A DNA stretch of 60,783 nt, the filler included, from Sphacelaria rigidula (lineage: Eukaryota): the NCBI GenBank assembly GCA_964200075.2. It is 7 parts of 7 records of this genome, joined end to end, with 100 filler letters (N's around TTAATTAATTAA, not from the genome) between each part and the next. Parts side by side here need not be neighbours in the genome. Positions count along the whole stretch, not along the records: positions 17,398 to 25,995 come from CAXNAA020010639.1; positions 26,096 to 34,692 come from CAXNAA020010640.1; positions 34,793 to 43,389 come from CAXNAA020010641.1; 4 more parts are not named here. One strand, 5' to 3'. Shown here piece by piece: positions 23,696-35,957 of the stretch. How positions within the stretch are numbered: position 1 is the stretch's first letter; every line of letters starts with the position of its first letter. The notes beneath the pieces were generated by a model. It had not been told where the DNA came from. It ran no database searches and saw only the letters and a list, made by a program, of their open reading frames with translations. A program made the translations under genes and the position numbers.

Positions 23696-25877
23696 CAACA
23701 CTCAATACCCTGATGGTATGACCACTACATGATAAAAACAGTCCGTTTCCGTGCACAGGCAGTCCGACGTGGGCTCGTAAGCCCCGATAATCGCGGTTCG
23801 CGAGAGGCCTTCCTTGCTTGCCTTCCACCACTCCAACGTGGGAGCGACTCCGTGTGGCGCGAGGTGGCGATACTGTGTGGCGGGGCGATGGCAGGCAGCA
23901 CACAATCTATCATGCGGCCCGTGATAACTCTCACAACATGTACACAACCCGGCGCTCCAGCTACCGGCCAACCCGCATTCTGTCTTGCCACAATACGATC
24001 GCCTCCCGTGGCGATTTACCGGGGCTGACGTCGCCCTTCTACGGCGCAGAGGCGAACAGCGCTGCCTTTCAGCGGGCGGCAAGCTGCCGTGTTCTGCGTG
24101 ATGCCCATCACCCTCCCCCCGTCGCGACCGCCGCGTGCGGACGCCATTGCCGCTCGCCTGCAGTGTGGCCGGTGGCCGTCCCAATCTTGCTGGCGCGGAC
24201 TCCGGCAGCGGAGTTGAATGACACAGATCGCCACGTTCGGAAGGCGATGCGGCATCGCCCCCCTCCACACGAGGGATAGCCGAGGCCCCGCCGCCACCGG
24301 AGGTCTGGAGCAGCCACTCGTGCAGTGCACCGCAGACCCCAGTTACCCCAGGGCCATCGTGCCTGGTCCTCTTCTGCCTGCATTTCCGCCGCCGAGACCC
24401 CACACGATGGCCGTCGAAGCTCTGAGGTCCGGCCGATCTCTTCCCTGCGTGCCCCGGTGGAGTCCCGCACTCTTGTGGCGTGATGCCGGCGTCCAGGAGT
24501 TGGGCACAGACTTTTTCCGGGCTTTCCCCGATGCTGTGGAAACGGGAAGCGCCGGCACTTGGTACAACTGGACAGCGGGGGGGGTGAGAGGGAGAGACAC
24601 GGCGCGGGCAGGCACCATGCGACGGTGCGCGCTCAGATGGACTTTATATACGTGGCATTTGAGTTACGGATTCAAAGCAAATACATGAGGCATGCGGCAG
24701 ACACGCCACCAATATTCGTGAGCAAGGAGCGAGTCTATCACAGTGCCAGCAAGCACGATGTGTACCTGCGCTTTCGTCGGCGTCTTGTGCAGAATATCCC
24801 GCAGCCCTCAGTCGGATATCCGCGAGGCTTCCGGGCGCCACCTGTTCTCAGTGTTGATGACGGCGGCGATGAAAAAATCGAGGGGTATTGGTCACGGCGA
24901 TGGCAGCGAGATAATGGAGCGTGCGGTGCAGTATGCATGGGGGCGGTTCTCGCGTGTGACCGTTCCTCTCTGAACACCACTCACGCCGGGAACATGTCCT
25001 GAGGCAACCGTCGACGGTATTACACAACATGTACACGACCGGCCGCGGACGTTGCAAGCGCCTGTCATGTGGCATGGGGAAAACGCGGGCTTCTACCGTA
25101 GCGAAGAGGAGCATGCACGAGTAACCGTCGCAAGGCGGAGAGCATGTTACAAGGCGGAGAGTAAAAAATGACAGTTTATCGTGGGATGAGACGAATTCCG
25201 TACATCTCACCGATGTCCCAGGCGTGTGTGATTGTCCTTCGTCAGATAGCTCATCTATCGGCCTGGGATCCCCACAGCGCGTGTTCATGATCATAGAGCT
25301 GCGAAAAACAAGGAACAGTGATGAAGGCAGGTAGGATTGCGCGATCGCGTGCGATTGTCAATATCAGCCGTGTGCTGCCGATCCGTCGTTGAGCGAATCA
25401 TTGATATTCGCCGTTGATATATCAGGGGTGGGGGGTGAGGTTTGAGGGGTGGGAGGGAGTTTTGCCCAGCGATGGAAGATCACAGAGTCCGTAAACCGCT
25501 GTGAATAAGTATCTTTGCGACGGAGGGACATGATGCCAACACAAAGTCATCGCAAGTGTTGGGCAACCAAAATGTTTGGGCTGGAGCCTCATTTTGACGC
25601 TTGGCATCTTCCTCTATGCAGAGAGTCAGGAAGCCATGCTGTCTGTATGTCGCGTTGTCCGCTCGTTTTTTTACATCGCGTCTGCGTGCCGTGCGAAACA
25701 CACACACACACTATTTAGACAGCACGGGCGCGCCTGTACAGCCTGCACTGTCTGCACTGTGCTGTTTATTGAATATAAGTAAAGAAGTACCGCTTCACGA
25801 ATTTTGCGTAGCCTTTTCGATTCCAAGCGTGCAAGTTCGGTCGGACACAAACATAGCGAAAGAATCATCCTACGATA

Positions 25878-25948
25878 GGCGGGCGTACTCATTTGTTGCT
25901 TGCCTTAGTCATTTGACCATTGACCACGCATCCCTTTCGAGACGGAGC
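25878..25948 (-). mobile_element. 71-bp LINE 3'-UTR fragment flanked by 10-bp direct repeats inside a MITE terminus
   Basis: Matches ~8956-9021. TCCTACGATA lies at 25868-25877 and 25949-25958. Confidence 0.65.
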
Positions 25949-25995
25949 TCCTACGATATGGGGGGGGGGGGGGTATTTTGGGGCATTTTTTGCTG

Positions 25996-26095
25996 NNNNN
26001 NNNNNNNNNNNNNNNNNNNNNNNNNNNNNNNNNNNNNNNTTAATTAATTAANNNNNNNNNNNNNNNNNNNNNNNNNNNNNNNNNNNNNNNNNNNN
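25996..26095. other. Artificial contig-joining spacer
   Basis: 44N-TTAATTAATTAA-44N. Confidence 0.98.
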
Positions 26096-26134
26096 ATTTC
26101 GCAAAACAAGTGCACCCCTACCGTAGCACTGCTC
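26096..26134. mobile_element. MITE-like terminus interrupting the gypsy integrase
   Basis: On the minus strand the integrase frame (..ERFYWW) switches to GAGCAGTGCTACGGTAGGGG, which fits the GA-N6-CTACGRTA terminus. Confidence 0.55.
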
Positions 26135-29100
26135 CCACCAGTAAAAGCGTTCCAAGAGCGCGAGGGTGCGGGTGACGCCAAGGTGACATGACAAGTCTGT
26201 GTGGCAGCCTTTCATGACCCAGGGACGCATTAATAATGGCACATATATGCGCGTTGGTCTGTCATTGAGTAGTCATGCGGTGCGTCCCGTAGTTGAGGCG
26301 GCAATTGCACGTTTCAAGGGCGTGGGCCGACGTACGAGTACTTGCACGCCTTCATCCGTAATGAAGATGGTGCCTTTATGCACGAGCTCGTATACGTCAG
26401 AAATAACTGGTGGTGGCAGTGTTCCAACCGCGGCCAATAGTGTGGACGGAAAAGGGACTGGACAGTCAAGTTGTAAGTACCGGATGGCTGCGCGACATAG
26501 CGGTTCTGCGTTCTGTTCGCGAGCCCAACCGTGGTGAGTAGCTGGCGAGAAACTCGCGTAGTTGACCTTCCGCTGGCGAGCCGAACAAACATGATAGCGC
26601 AGGCGGCGGGGGAATAGGCGACGGGGCAGAAATGCCGACGTCAATATCTGTTCCGGGAGCAGGAGACGAGTCGTCCGTTCCGTGGTCGGAGGCAGAAGAT
26701 GTTTGCGGCGCCGTTATTTGCGGCGGGGTTGTATCAGTGCGCGGCGAAGGTTGTCCGCGGCGCGTGGCGCACGGTGCAGAAGTTTTCGCCGAGCTTTGCG
26801 TGTTGGTCCGTGGAACTTATGCTGGGTGGCTAATAGAGGTTGCAGGTGTTGTCGGTGGCGGCGACGCCTTCGGTGTGGTGCGGGCGGCAGACCGGGAGCG
26901 CGTGTTGTCGGAGATTAGGTGGGTGGCTTGGGGTGTCTCCGCGAAGAGATTGGCGCGAGTACTGAAAGTGCAAAAATCGAGAAAATCGGAGGTAGTGGGC
27001 TTTAACCCACCCAGGACGGCGTCATATGGTAGAGGGCGAGATCCTCTCATATGCATACCGGTTTTCCGGGCACTGGAGGTCGAGGGCGTAAACGGGCGTT
27101 GAAAAACGTCTAATCGCGTATATTCCGGGTTCATCGGGTTCCGTTAAACGGCAAGCCGGGCTGGAATCTGCGGCCGTAGGCGGCAGAGGTAAGCGGGAAA
27201 GAAGATTCGCGTTCCCGTTTGTTTTGCCTGGACGGTGCTTAATGGTATACTGGTATGCTGTTAGAAACTCCAACCATCGTTGTACACGAGGATTGTGTTC
27301 ACGAACCTTAGCGAGTTGTTCAAGTGCTCCATGATTCGTATAGATCTCGAAGGGCACGTGAAACAGATATTGTCGAAGGCGCGTAATGGCCCACGTGACT
27401 ACTCCGTCTTCCAGTTCTAGCGGGCTCCAATTGGCCTCGTTGGTCAGAGTAGCGCGGCTGATATAAATCGGACAGAGCCACCAACCTGAGGTTGATTCAT
27501 AACTCCTCCAAATCCATTTGTGCTGGCGTCAGTATGGAGTTGGAAAAGGCGGGAGCCATCTTGTACTGCCGCCCAATCAGGAAACCAAAGTACGGGCTTT
27601 TCGGTAAGCGTCTTGAGTATTTCGCGGGTGATATTCTCCATTTCGGTCATGAAAGAAAACGCGGCTCCTTTCTTGAGTAGCTCAGTAAGGGGGCGACTAC
27701 GTTTCGATGAATTCGGCAAACATTCGCGGTAGTAGGATAGCCCACCCAACAATGAACGAATTCGAGAAATGTTAGTTGGCATTGGCAAATCAGTCATCGC
27801 CTTAGCTTTGTTTGTATCCAGATGCAGGCCTGCTGGCGAAATGGAATGCCCCAAGAAATCTAAGTCAGTCGCGCCAAGGCGAGCTTTGGATGGAGACAGT
27901 TTCAAATCGTGCGTGCGCGTAGGCGAGAGAGCGAAATTTGCGTAGAGTGCGTATATGTGCAATAGGTGAGGCATCGAAAGCGATAGCGTCATCCAAGTAC
28001 ATGATGATGTGCTCGAGGCCCTCCGTGACGCATTGCATTAAGCGATGAAAGCATCACGGGGCAGTTGCGACGCCTTGTGGCATTCGAAGCCACTCATAAA
28101 GTCCGGACGAGGTACAACAAGCCGTCAGTGGGACTGTGTCAGGGTGTATATCATTCTGAAAAAAACCAGAAGCGATGTCGAAGGTGCTGAATATTTTCCA
28201 AAGAGTCGAAGACTTCATCAATGCGGGGAATTGGAAGTTTACCAACTACAGTGACGCGGTTCAACCGTTAATATTTCACGGTCATGCGTATGTTTTCATC
28301 CTTTTTGGGGACGACCACAAGTGGCGAGGCCGAATGAGAGGAGGAATGTGGTATCAGTCCCGCTCCCAAATACGCATCCAAGATGGCGTAAACTTTCTTG
28401 GTAAGGATTGGGTTGGTACGGTATGGCCGAGAAGAAATCGGCGAGACACCGGGTTAAAGGGTAACCTCAAAGGACAGTGTTTTACAATTCCCAAGACCCG
28501 TCTTGGATCGGGAAAATCGATCTTGGTGCTGCAGTAGGACATTACTGAGTTCTTGGATGACTGCCGGTTCCCAGCTGGGTCCACGAAGGTCAAAATTGAT
28601 GTCGCTCATGTGTGACGGCAGTTGGTTCCACATATGCAAGAAAATATTCCGAGAATCTGGTGATAGGCGTTGAAGCACTTCAGCAGGAGAATCAGAATTT
28701 GACTGTGCAGGATTCACGGTGTGTACCTGGGGTGGGGTCGCAGAGGCGAGGTCGAAATAGGGTTCATCGACGCAATGGACTGACTCTGCCGGAGATGTGG
28801 CGCTTGGCGCGGTAGGCTCTGTGACGCACGTCTCGAGTGGGATGTGCATCAGGGGAGCAGCGGCGATTCCTGAAACATTTCCGGGTTCCAAGTTAGCATG
28901 GCCCGTAAGAGGAAGAAGTTGTTGTCCCGCTGACTCAAAATGTTCTGTGTCGGCTGGTGCACCAACACGGGGTAATATTTCGGCAAGATAATGGCCCGTA
29001 AGTGCTGGCATGCCATTTCGGCGAACGAGTGCAACTTCAAGAAGTTGGGGGTCGTCGGAGAGTGTTATACCCACACTACCGTTATACCGTAGGTGGTAAG

Positions 29101-32100
29101 CAGCTCCGGTTGCTTGAGGATTCTTCTGATAAGCCAGGGCGATGTGGAGAGTACCGACGTGCTCGAGGTTATATTCTCCACGAGGCGTGGAATGTGGCGT
29201 TAGTGGTGGAAGCGTGCGGTAGGGTCGTTTATTAAACCGCATATATAGCTATCTCTGCCCAATAATATGGCGTGGTGCATGGTGCTGTTGGGGACAATAT
29301 ATGCCTAGACTGCCATGCTTGCAGATCGAGTGGTGTTGTGAAGGAATTGCACACTGAGACGTACGGAATTTCGTGTCGTCATTGGCGCGGCAGAATCACC
29401 GAAACCGCCCCACACGCGAGGTTTGGTGGTGGTTTCACAAGCTACAGTAGCAACGCCAGTCTGTTTCATGTGTTTCCGTGTTGATTCTCGAATAAACGTT
29501 TGCGTGCTGCCGCTGTCCAACAAGGATACGCATTTCGTAGGCGTGATAGCGTTTCGACCGGCCTGGATCGCAACGCGAGTAGTGAAAGTGGCCGGATCTA
29601 CAGACACTTTGCCGCCGACAAGGTCCGGACCGTGTTCCCGCAAGCTAAACTGGTCAGGATCAACGGGGCTGACAGCAAAAACGCACGGCGGATGATCCGC
29701 CGGTGGGTCAGATGTCTCACCAGAGAAGGGGGTGGTGGACGGTATATTATTTCTAGGTGTGGCACGGTCATTGGCGATTTCGTAAATTTTCGTCTTTGGT
29801 TGACAGGGATCACCGTCAAAGGGGGATCCAGGACGTGCGGGGCTAGAGCCGTCGATTAAAGAAGTGGTGCCGTCAGAATCATGTGATTTTGTTTCTTCCG
29901 GGATACTCGATAGAGCCGTCGAGCTCAAAGCCTTCGCATTTTGGAGAGATTAGGGTCGAGGATACCCGCTCGAAAAAGGTGTACGTAATGATGCGCGCGC
30001 GTCCTAGGGGGCATACTTACGGGGCTTTCTCTTTCGTCGTGACAAAGGTCGGGGAACTTCTAAAACCTTTGGGGGTGAAACCACAACTGCGTCTAGTTGC
30101 GTGGATGGGGTCAGCATCGAGGCATGACGGAGCGAAACTTGTGGGCTGCTTTCGGTAGGCAAGTTTGACTGTTGGGGCATAGCTGAAGATATGTTGGGGC
30201 GGTTGGTATCAAAACCAGCCGAAGGTAGGTCCGTGCGTGTTGAAAATCGCGGGGAAGGAGCCCGAACGAACTGATTGGGAATTACATGATCCGATGTGGT
30301 CAGGTTCAAATCAGCGACACTTGGGTCAGCTGAAAAAGGCTTGCTGCTACCTGTGCGTGCGGTCGCTGAGGGAAGCCGTTGCCTCAGGGACTGCCGGTTG
30401 GTCTTGCCACACCTCAGACTTATACTCGGTACTGTAGGACCAAGTTCAGTGCCAGGTGTAGATCTGAGTCGCGGGGTGACACAACTGTTACGCGGTGTTT
30501 GGAGGGACGAAGACGGGGGTTAATTTGAACGGCCGTCAGTTGCACTCCTGCATAGTGCCGGGAGAGCCGGGCGGACAATCTTAGTCGCGGGCTCTACGGG
30601 CTGTGTTGAAAATTGTGTGGAGGTTCGAGACGGGGGTCGATATAAACGGCCGTCAGATACGCTCCTGGATAGTGCCGGGGCAGTCAAGTCAGCAATGTTT
30701 GACACGGATTCCGCGGGCTGTGTTGAAAAGTCTTCGCTCGTGCTATCGACGGCATGGCAGACCGAAGAACGCCGGCGTCGGCACGTCATGGATCTAGGTG
30801 ATCCGTAGTGAAGGTCCCAGGGTTTCTGGTTTTGTGATTAGAACTTTGTGTCCGTCCCGTCCGCTGGTGTCTATCAGCGTAACGTTTGTTGTCGCGAGAA
30901 TTTTGATCGTTCTGGCGAGGGCTTCCGTGATTGTTGTTGTGTCGGCGATCGCGAGTAGAGCTTTTGTTGTCACGTTGGTTCGATTTGTTGCGGTGATTTC
31001 GAGTTGGTGGAAGATAGTCGCGCATGCATTTGTGCCATCGGCGCCACGCGGGTACATTGTCCTGCAATTCAGGGTTCATGAGATCGTAGGCACTAATGCA
31101 TGGACTGTCACAGCCGCGCATGCTGTGGCCTTGAACACTACAGTTGATGCAACTGTTGGCATGACTGCTGAAAGCATTGCGTCTAGCGGTAGACGAAAGA
31201 AGTGGATTCCACAAATGGGGGTCATCGGTTATGAATGCCGTTGTTGAAGTAAAATAAACATCATCCCAAGTTTCCTCGGAAAACGGCCAACCGTCAAAAC
31301 TCGCGCTAAATGCATCTCTGGTACCCTGAACATGCATAACTGAACCGGCGACTGAGTCGGGGGTCCATGAAGCGCGAGACGAGCTCGAATTCCTGCCACG
31401 AGCCCCGTGGGCATGAGCGGAGGACACAACCGTAGGCTGTGAACGCACAGACGTTGAAGGTTTCCCACGTATGGCAGGCGTTGGATTACCCTTTTGGTGT
31501 ACAAAAGCAGATCACATAGTATCAACGAAGGCGTAAGGCACCTCGCGATGCGCCAAAACACCCGGAAACAACGACGGCATCAGAGCCGGATACTGTTGAG
31601 CAACGCTATTGCTAACGTACGTCTGACACATTGCGTCACTCGGTCCGATCTGACGTCCGACTCCCGTCGTACCCGAAACCAAAAGCTTGACTTCACGGAG
31701 ATAATCCGCGAAGGGGACATCAGATGCGACGACAAAAGAACTCAGCCTCTGGATGGCGCTGGCTTGGTCCCTCTTGTCAGAGTAGCCTATGAGACGCCTG
31801 TCCAAACCAGAGAGCAATATCGGGCCTTTCTTCCCGTGGGAACGATCCGGATCCATCACCGCGAGAATTAGTCGAGAACCTGCGTTAAAGAAGCAGCGAG
31901 GTTGGGAGAGCGGCGGCTGATTGATCGATGCATTGCTTTATGCAAGGGAGTCTGCCAGTCCTCTACCCAGTCGGAATCTTCGAAACGTTGTGAACCAGTC
32001 ACATCCGCTAAGTGAAGGATGTTACAAACAATGGGGCGGATGGATGTGATAAGGGCAGAAGTAAACTGGCCCGAATCTTCGTTATGCGCGGCAGGCACGG

Positions 32101-33600
32101 TTTTGATGTGCCAGAGGTTTTTCACATCCATCTGACTATGCTGTCTCTGTGTTGCAGCTACTCGGGTGGACTCAGCTTTATCGGAAGCTTCTTTTTTGCT
32201 AGCTTCGGAACGTTCTTTGTCAGCCGCAGCCATCGCTAAGGCGCGGGCTGCAGTAGAAGACAAAGGACGGTCAGGTGTATCTGTATCAGACAAACCTAAA
32301 AGGCGGGCCGAAACATCAGCCAATTTAGGAACCACTTGCCTGAGGGTCTCCGAGCCCGAGGCGGGAAGATCGGCACCGGACCAGTTCCAGGCCGTAGCGG
32401 ATGATCCGGACGAGTTACCTCCGGGGTTCTTGCCTTTCGGCTTGCGAGGCGGGCGGTTTGGTCCGGAATCGCTTGAAGAGGACCCTCCACCGCCATGGGC
32501 GGCGTGAATTCCCTGCATCGTTATCATCGTCCCGCCGGTGGTTTCTCTTCTGTCCCCGGCAGGTGGATGTTGCGGGAACCCATCCATCCTCATCTTCCTC
32601 TCCGCCGATGGCAGCGCCGGGATGAGAGTCAGAAGCGGCGCGTAGCGCCGCAAAAAGATCGGTGACAGTGCCAACGTAACGCTGCATATGCGGACTATTG
32701 CCGATAGTCGTGTGAAGAACCAGTTGGCCCAAGGTGATCGCCGACACACCTTCGTCCAGGAAGTAGCCGCCCTGTTCCACGTAACCACCAATGACGGCTA
32801 ACATGCGTTGGGAAATATTGTTCCAAGCATGACGGGAGCAGGTAAGGTGGTTGCGTCGCTGGAAGGGGCCGGCATAATCGGTCGTAGACCGAGAAAGCCA
32901 CACTCTTTCGTGTGGGGCAAGTTACACGTTTTGCGGAAAAACTGTGTGCGGCACCGAGCTAACTCCTTGAGGTGTCGGTGTCGGATCGTGGCGGCGGCAG
33001 CGGTCGCAGCAGACGACGTCTTGTTGGACTTGCGAGGAAATACATACGTCGCTCTGTTGGGCGCCGACAAGTGGGGCCTGAGCAAGCGGTCGGGGGAAGG
33101 CGGGGGGGTTTGATGATCAGTTAGGCGGGTCACCGAGCCAGGCCGCTGCTTGGGCGGTCCGCTGAACGTGATCTTCGAGCTGGCGGACCCGCCTTTGAGC
33201 CGCCATAGCCGTAGTATGGCCTTCCTCGAGCGCCCGTTGGGCCGTCGTGCTCGTGGATTGGGCAAGGGAGGCCTGCCGCTGGAGGTCCTTGAGTGTATCC
33301 GCGTGCCCCTCCAGAAGGAGGCGGGCAGCGGCGGCGTCAGCTTCGCGTTGTTCGCCGAGGATATCCTGCGTCAGCGCAGGCGCCTGCGATACATGGTCAT
33401 CTATCAATTGTTGCTGTTCCGCGCGGGGCCTGTTGGTGAACACGGGTAAGAGCTGGTCGGTTGGGCAGTGCTCGTCGCTAAGCGGAGGAAGAACTTCCAC
33501 GGATGGGGGAGGGCGCACAGGTAGCGCGAATGGGTTTGCTGGTAGTAGCGGCGGCGGTTGCGGATGATGAGGAGTCCATCGTAGAAAGTTGGCGCTCAAG
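26135..33600 (-). mobile_element. Ty3/gypsy LTR retrotransposon internal region, decayed
   Basis: Order gag-PR-RT-RH-IN. Gag CINCSVQGHSMRGC, protease LLDSGST, RT FDIASGFFQ/LYEWLRMPQG/MYLDD (~27988-28002)/DFLGH, RNase H FQLHTDAS/RVQRWLEFL/HRPGKTNGNA, integrase CHTDLSCHLGVTRT..FYWW. Many frameshifts. LTR not identified. Confidence 0.95.
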
Positions 33601-34581
33601 TTCTGTCAAGCGTTGTTGGAGAGAACGAATAAGCGCAGCATCGGAACGGGACGGTGGTTCGCGGCCAGTGCGTGGTCGTCGGTTGTGCGATGAGGTGCGG
33701 CCGGATCCCTAAATTGAGGGTTCCACAGCTGGTGACATGTCCGAAAATATGTTTTTGATATCAGCAGCATGTACAGTGTTATCATTGCGCACATGACGGC
33801 TGTGTGACAAATACTGAGCAGTAGAGATGCGCGAGGGTGCATGATCGGGGGTTTTCGAGCGCGAGTTAACGCGCGAAGAACTTGATCTGTGCCGCAAGTC
33901 ATCCTCGTGAGTACGTTCATGGTAAGCATTCACCGGGCGCTTTGGAGCGCGAGATGAATTGGAACTATGTCATGAACTACCGTCATATTTGTGACCATGA
34001 GCGATGCTCTTTATTACATTGGCGTTTGACTAAGGAGCTTCTTCTTTGGATATTGCGTTTCCTTCTTGTACCGATTTGTATCCCTGCTGCCAGTTCTGTA
34101 ACTCCAGCTTTGTGATCATTTTGCCCCTTTGCGTCCCCTTCAGGATAGGTTTAGTCGAATCTACCGCTCCAGGTAGTCCGTAGCTCTAAAGCTTCTGCCC
34201 CGCGTGTCCCTCGGTAAAGTGTATTCGAGCCGTTCTATATGCAACTTGCTGTAGTGTTTGACTTCACATCTTGTGCTACGTGGGATCAACGCGCACTGCT
34301 TGCTACTTTCACCGTGCTGTCAATTTCGATATCGTCTACACAAGGTTGCGCGGCATCAGTTCCAACTGCACGTGGTGAATTGCTCGGTGATTCATTCAGT
34401 CAGGCACGATCAACGCGCCAAGCCATCGTTGGCTCGTGTACTTGGTCTTGTTGCCCCTTTCCTTCTGGTAAAGAGGTAATCTACTATGGGTTTGTACAGA
34501 ACACCAGTGTGCAAAGGCGCACTGTTGTTCATAGCCCGTCGCTGTCCCTGACCTGAGCTCCTGCCAAGTCGGCACGCTGCT

Positions 34582-34692
34582 GACACTTTCTACGATAGCC
34601 CCCCCCCCAAAACCAGCTAAAAGTGTCGCGAAAAAAATGGCCACAAAGCGCCTGGTGTTCGGGTTCAGGTTGCATGAAGCGCCTCATATTGG
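34582..34692. mobile_element. Partial copy of the 248-bp MITE (reverse orientation)
   Basis: GACACTTTCTACGATAGCCCC..CAGGTTGCATGAAGCGCCTCATATTGG closely matches the reverse complement of 11148-11257. Confidence 0.85.
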
Positions 34693-34792
34693 NNNNNNNN
34701 NNNNNNNNNNNNNNNNNNNNNNNNNNNNNNNNNNNNTTAATTAATTAANNNNNNNNNNNNNNNNNNNNNNNNNNNNNNNNNNNNNNNNNNNN
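34693..34792. other. Artificial contig-joining spacer
   Basis: 44N-TTAATTAATTAA-44N. Confidence 0.98.
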
Positions 34793-35957
34793 TATCGTAG
34801 GATGACTCCAATTATCAAGGTTCTCAACCCCCCCCCGTCCGTTTTTTTTTTAGGAACGGAAAAAAGCACCCATTCTGTCCCATCCTCGTCCAGGGAAGAG
34901 GTGCTCTCGTCCAGTCCCGTCCCGCCGTCCAATGAAAAGCCCCGCACAATACCTGATTAGGTCTAGTACTTCATATCTCGCCGCCGTGAGCTGTGCTGGT
35001 CGCGGGGCGCGTTTGAGTGGTGACAGATGGAGTCGTACCTTCGATGCCACACGTGCGCGCGTGAGAATCATGTACGAGTAAGGGAATGTCGACCTGGTCC
35101 GAGGGAGTACATCCCATCTGAACCGCTGTGATACTCAAAGAGCTTGGCCGACTTTTGTGACGGATGTTCCAACCCTTCTGGTGCGGCCATTTTGCAGAAT
35201 GTGAAACGCTGTCACTCTTGACTCAACACATGCACTTTCATGTTTCAATACGGAAAAATTGCATCGTTCAATACTCAGCGCTTCACGGTTTTGGAGAGGG
35301 ACGTGGAAACTGACGCCGCGAGGGAGTTTGTCCGACCCCATGATGCCTTTCGAATGTCTACTTGTAGTCGTCTGGTGTATTATTAGAGCATACGAGCCTT
35401 CGGGGAAAGTATCGATTGATCTATTTCTCGTTTATGAGGCGTGATGCCAAGAAAGATTCCTGCAGTGCGAGCAATCCTCGCCACAATGGTGTACGACGCA
35501 CTCGTGGCAGAGTCGGTATGCTTGATATTTAATATTCTGTCTCATTTACATTTGATTGCATATCAACGAACCTCGTCGGCCATAGAAAATAGAAAATAAA
35601 CTTGGCACATGCACATGTTTCTCTACCGAAGAACTATTAAACAACATCTCCAACAGTACCATGCTCATTGTGACATGTGTAGTATTTTCAAAGGTCGAGA
35701 TCCATCTTCACCACGTGCTGCCGTTCCATCTCCTTCCAGTGTCCCGCTACTCGAATCCGGGAGTCTAAAGCCTCATACTCACGTTCAGTCGTCAACTCCA
35801 TAAAAATACTCAGTAATATATTCCACGCTAGATCCAAGTGGCTAATGCACGCGGAACGTCTTCTGCGTAGTTTCCTCAGAAAAAAAAAAAATCTCTTGAA
35901 TCCGACATCGACACCGTGCGTTGCTGTCGATGCTTCTCCGACGCCCCTGCCCAGGCC

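Noticed and set aside
17507..33600. Copia and gypsy forming one composite element
   Set aside because: They are separated by a spacer at 25996-26095 and are unrelated contigs.
33600..34580. 5' LTR and primer-binding site of the gypsy element
   Set aside because: No clear TG..CA boundary or tRNA-complementary site, and no second LTR for comparison.
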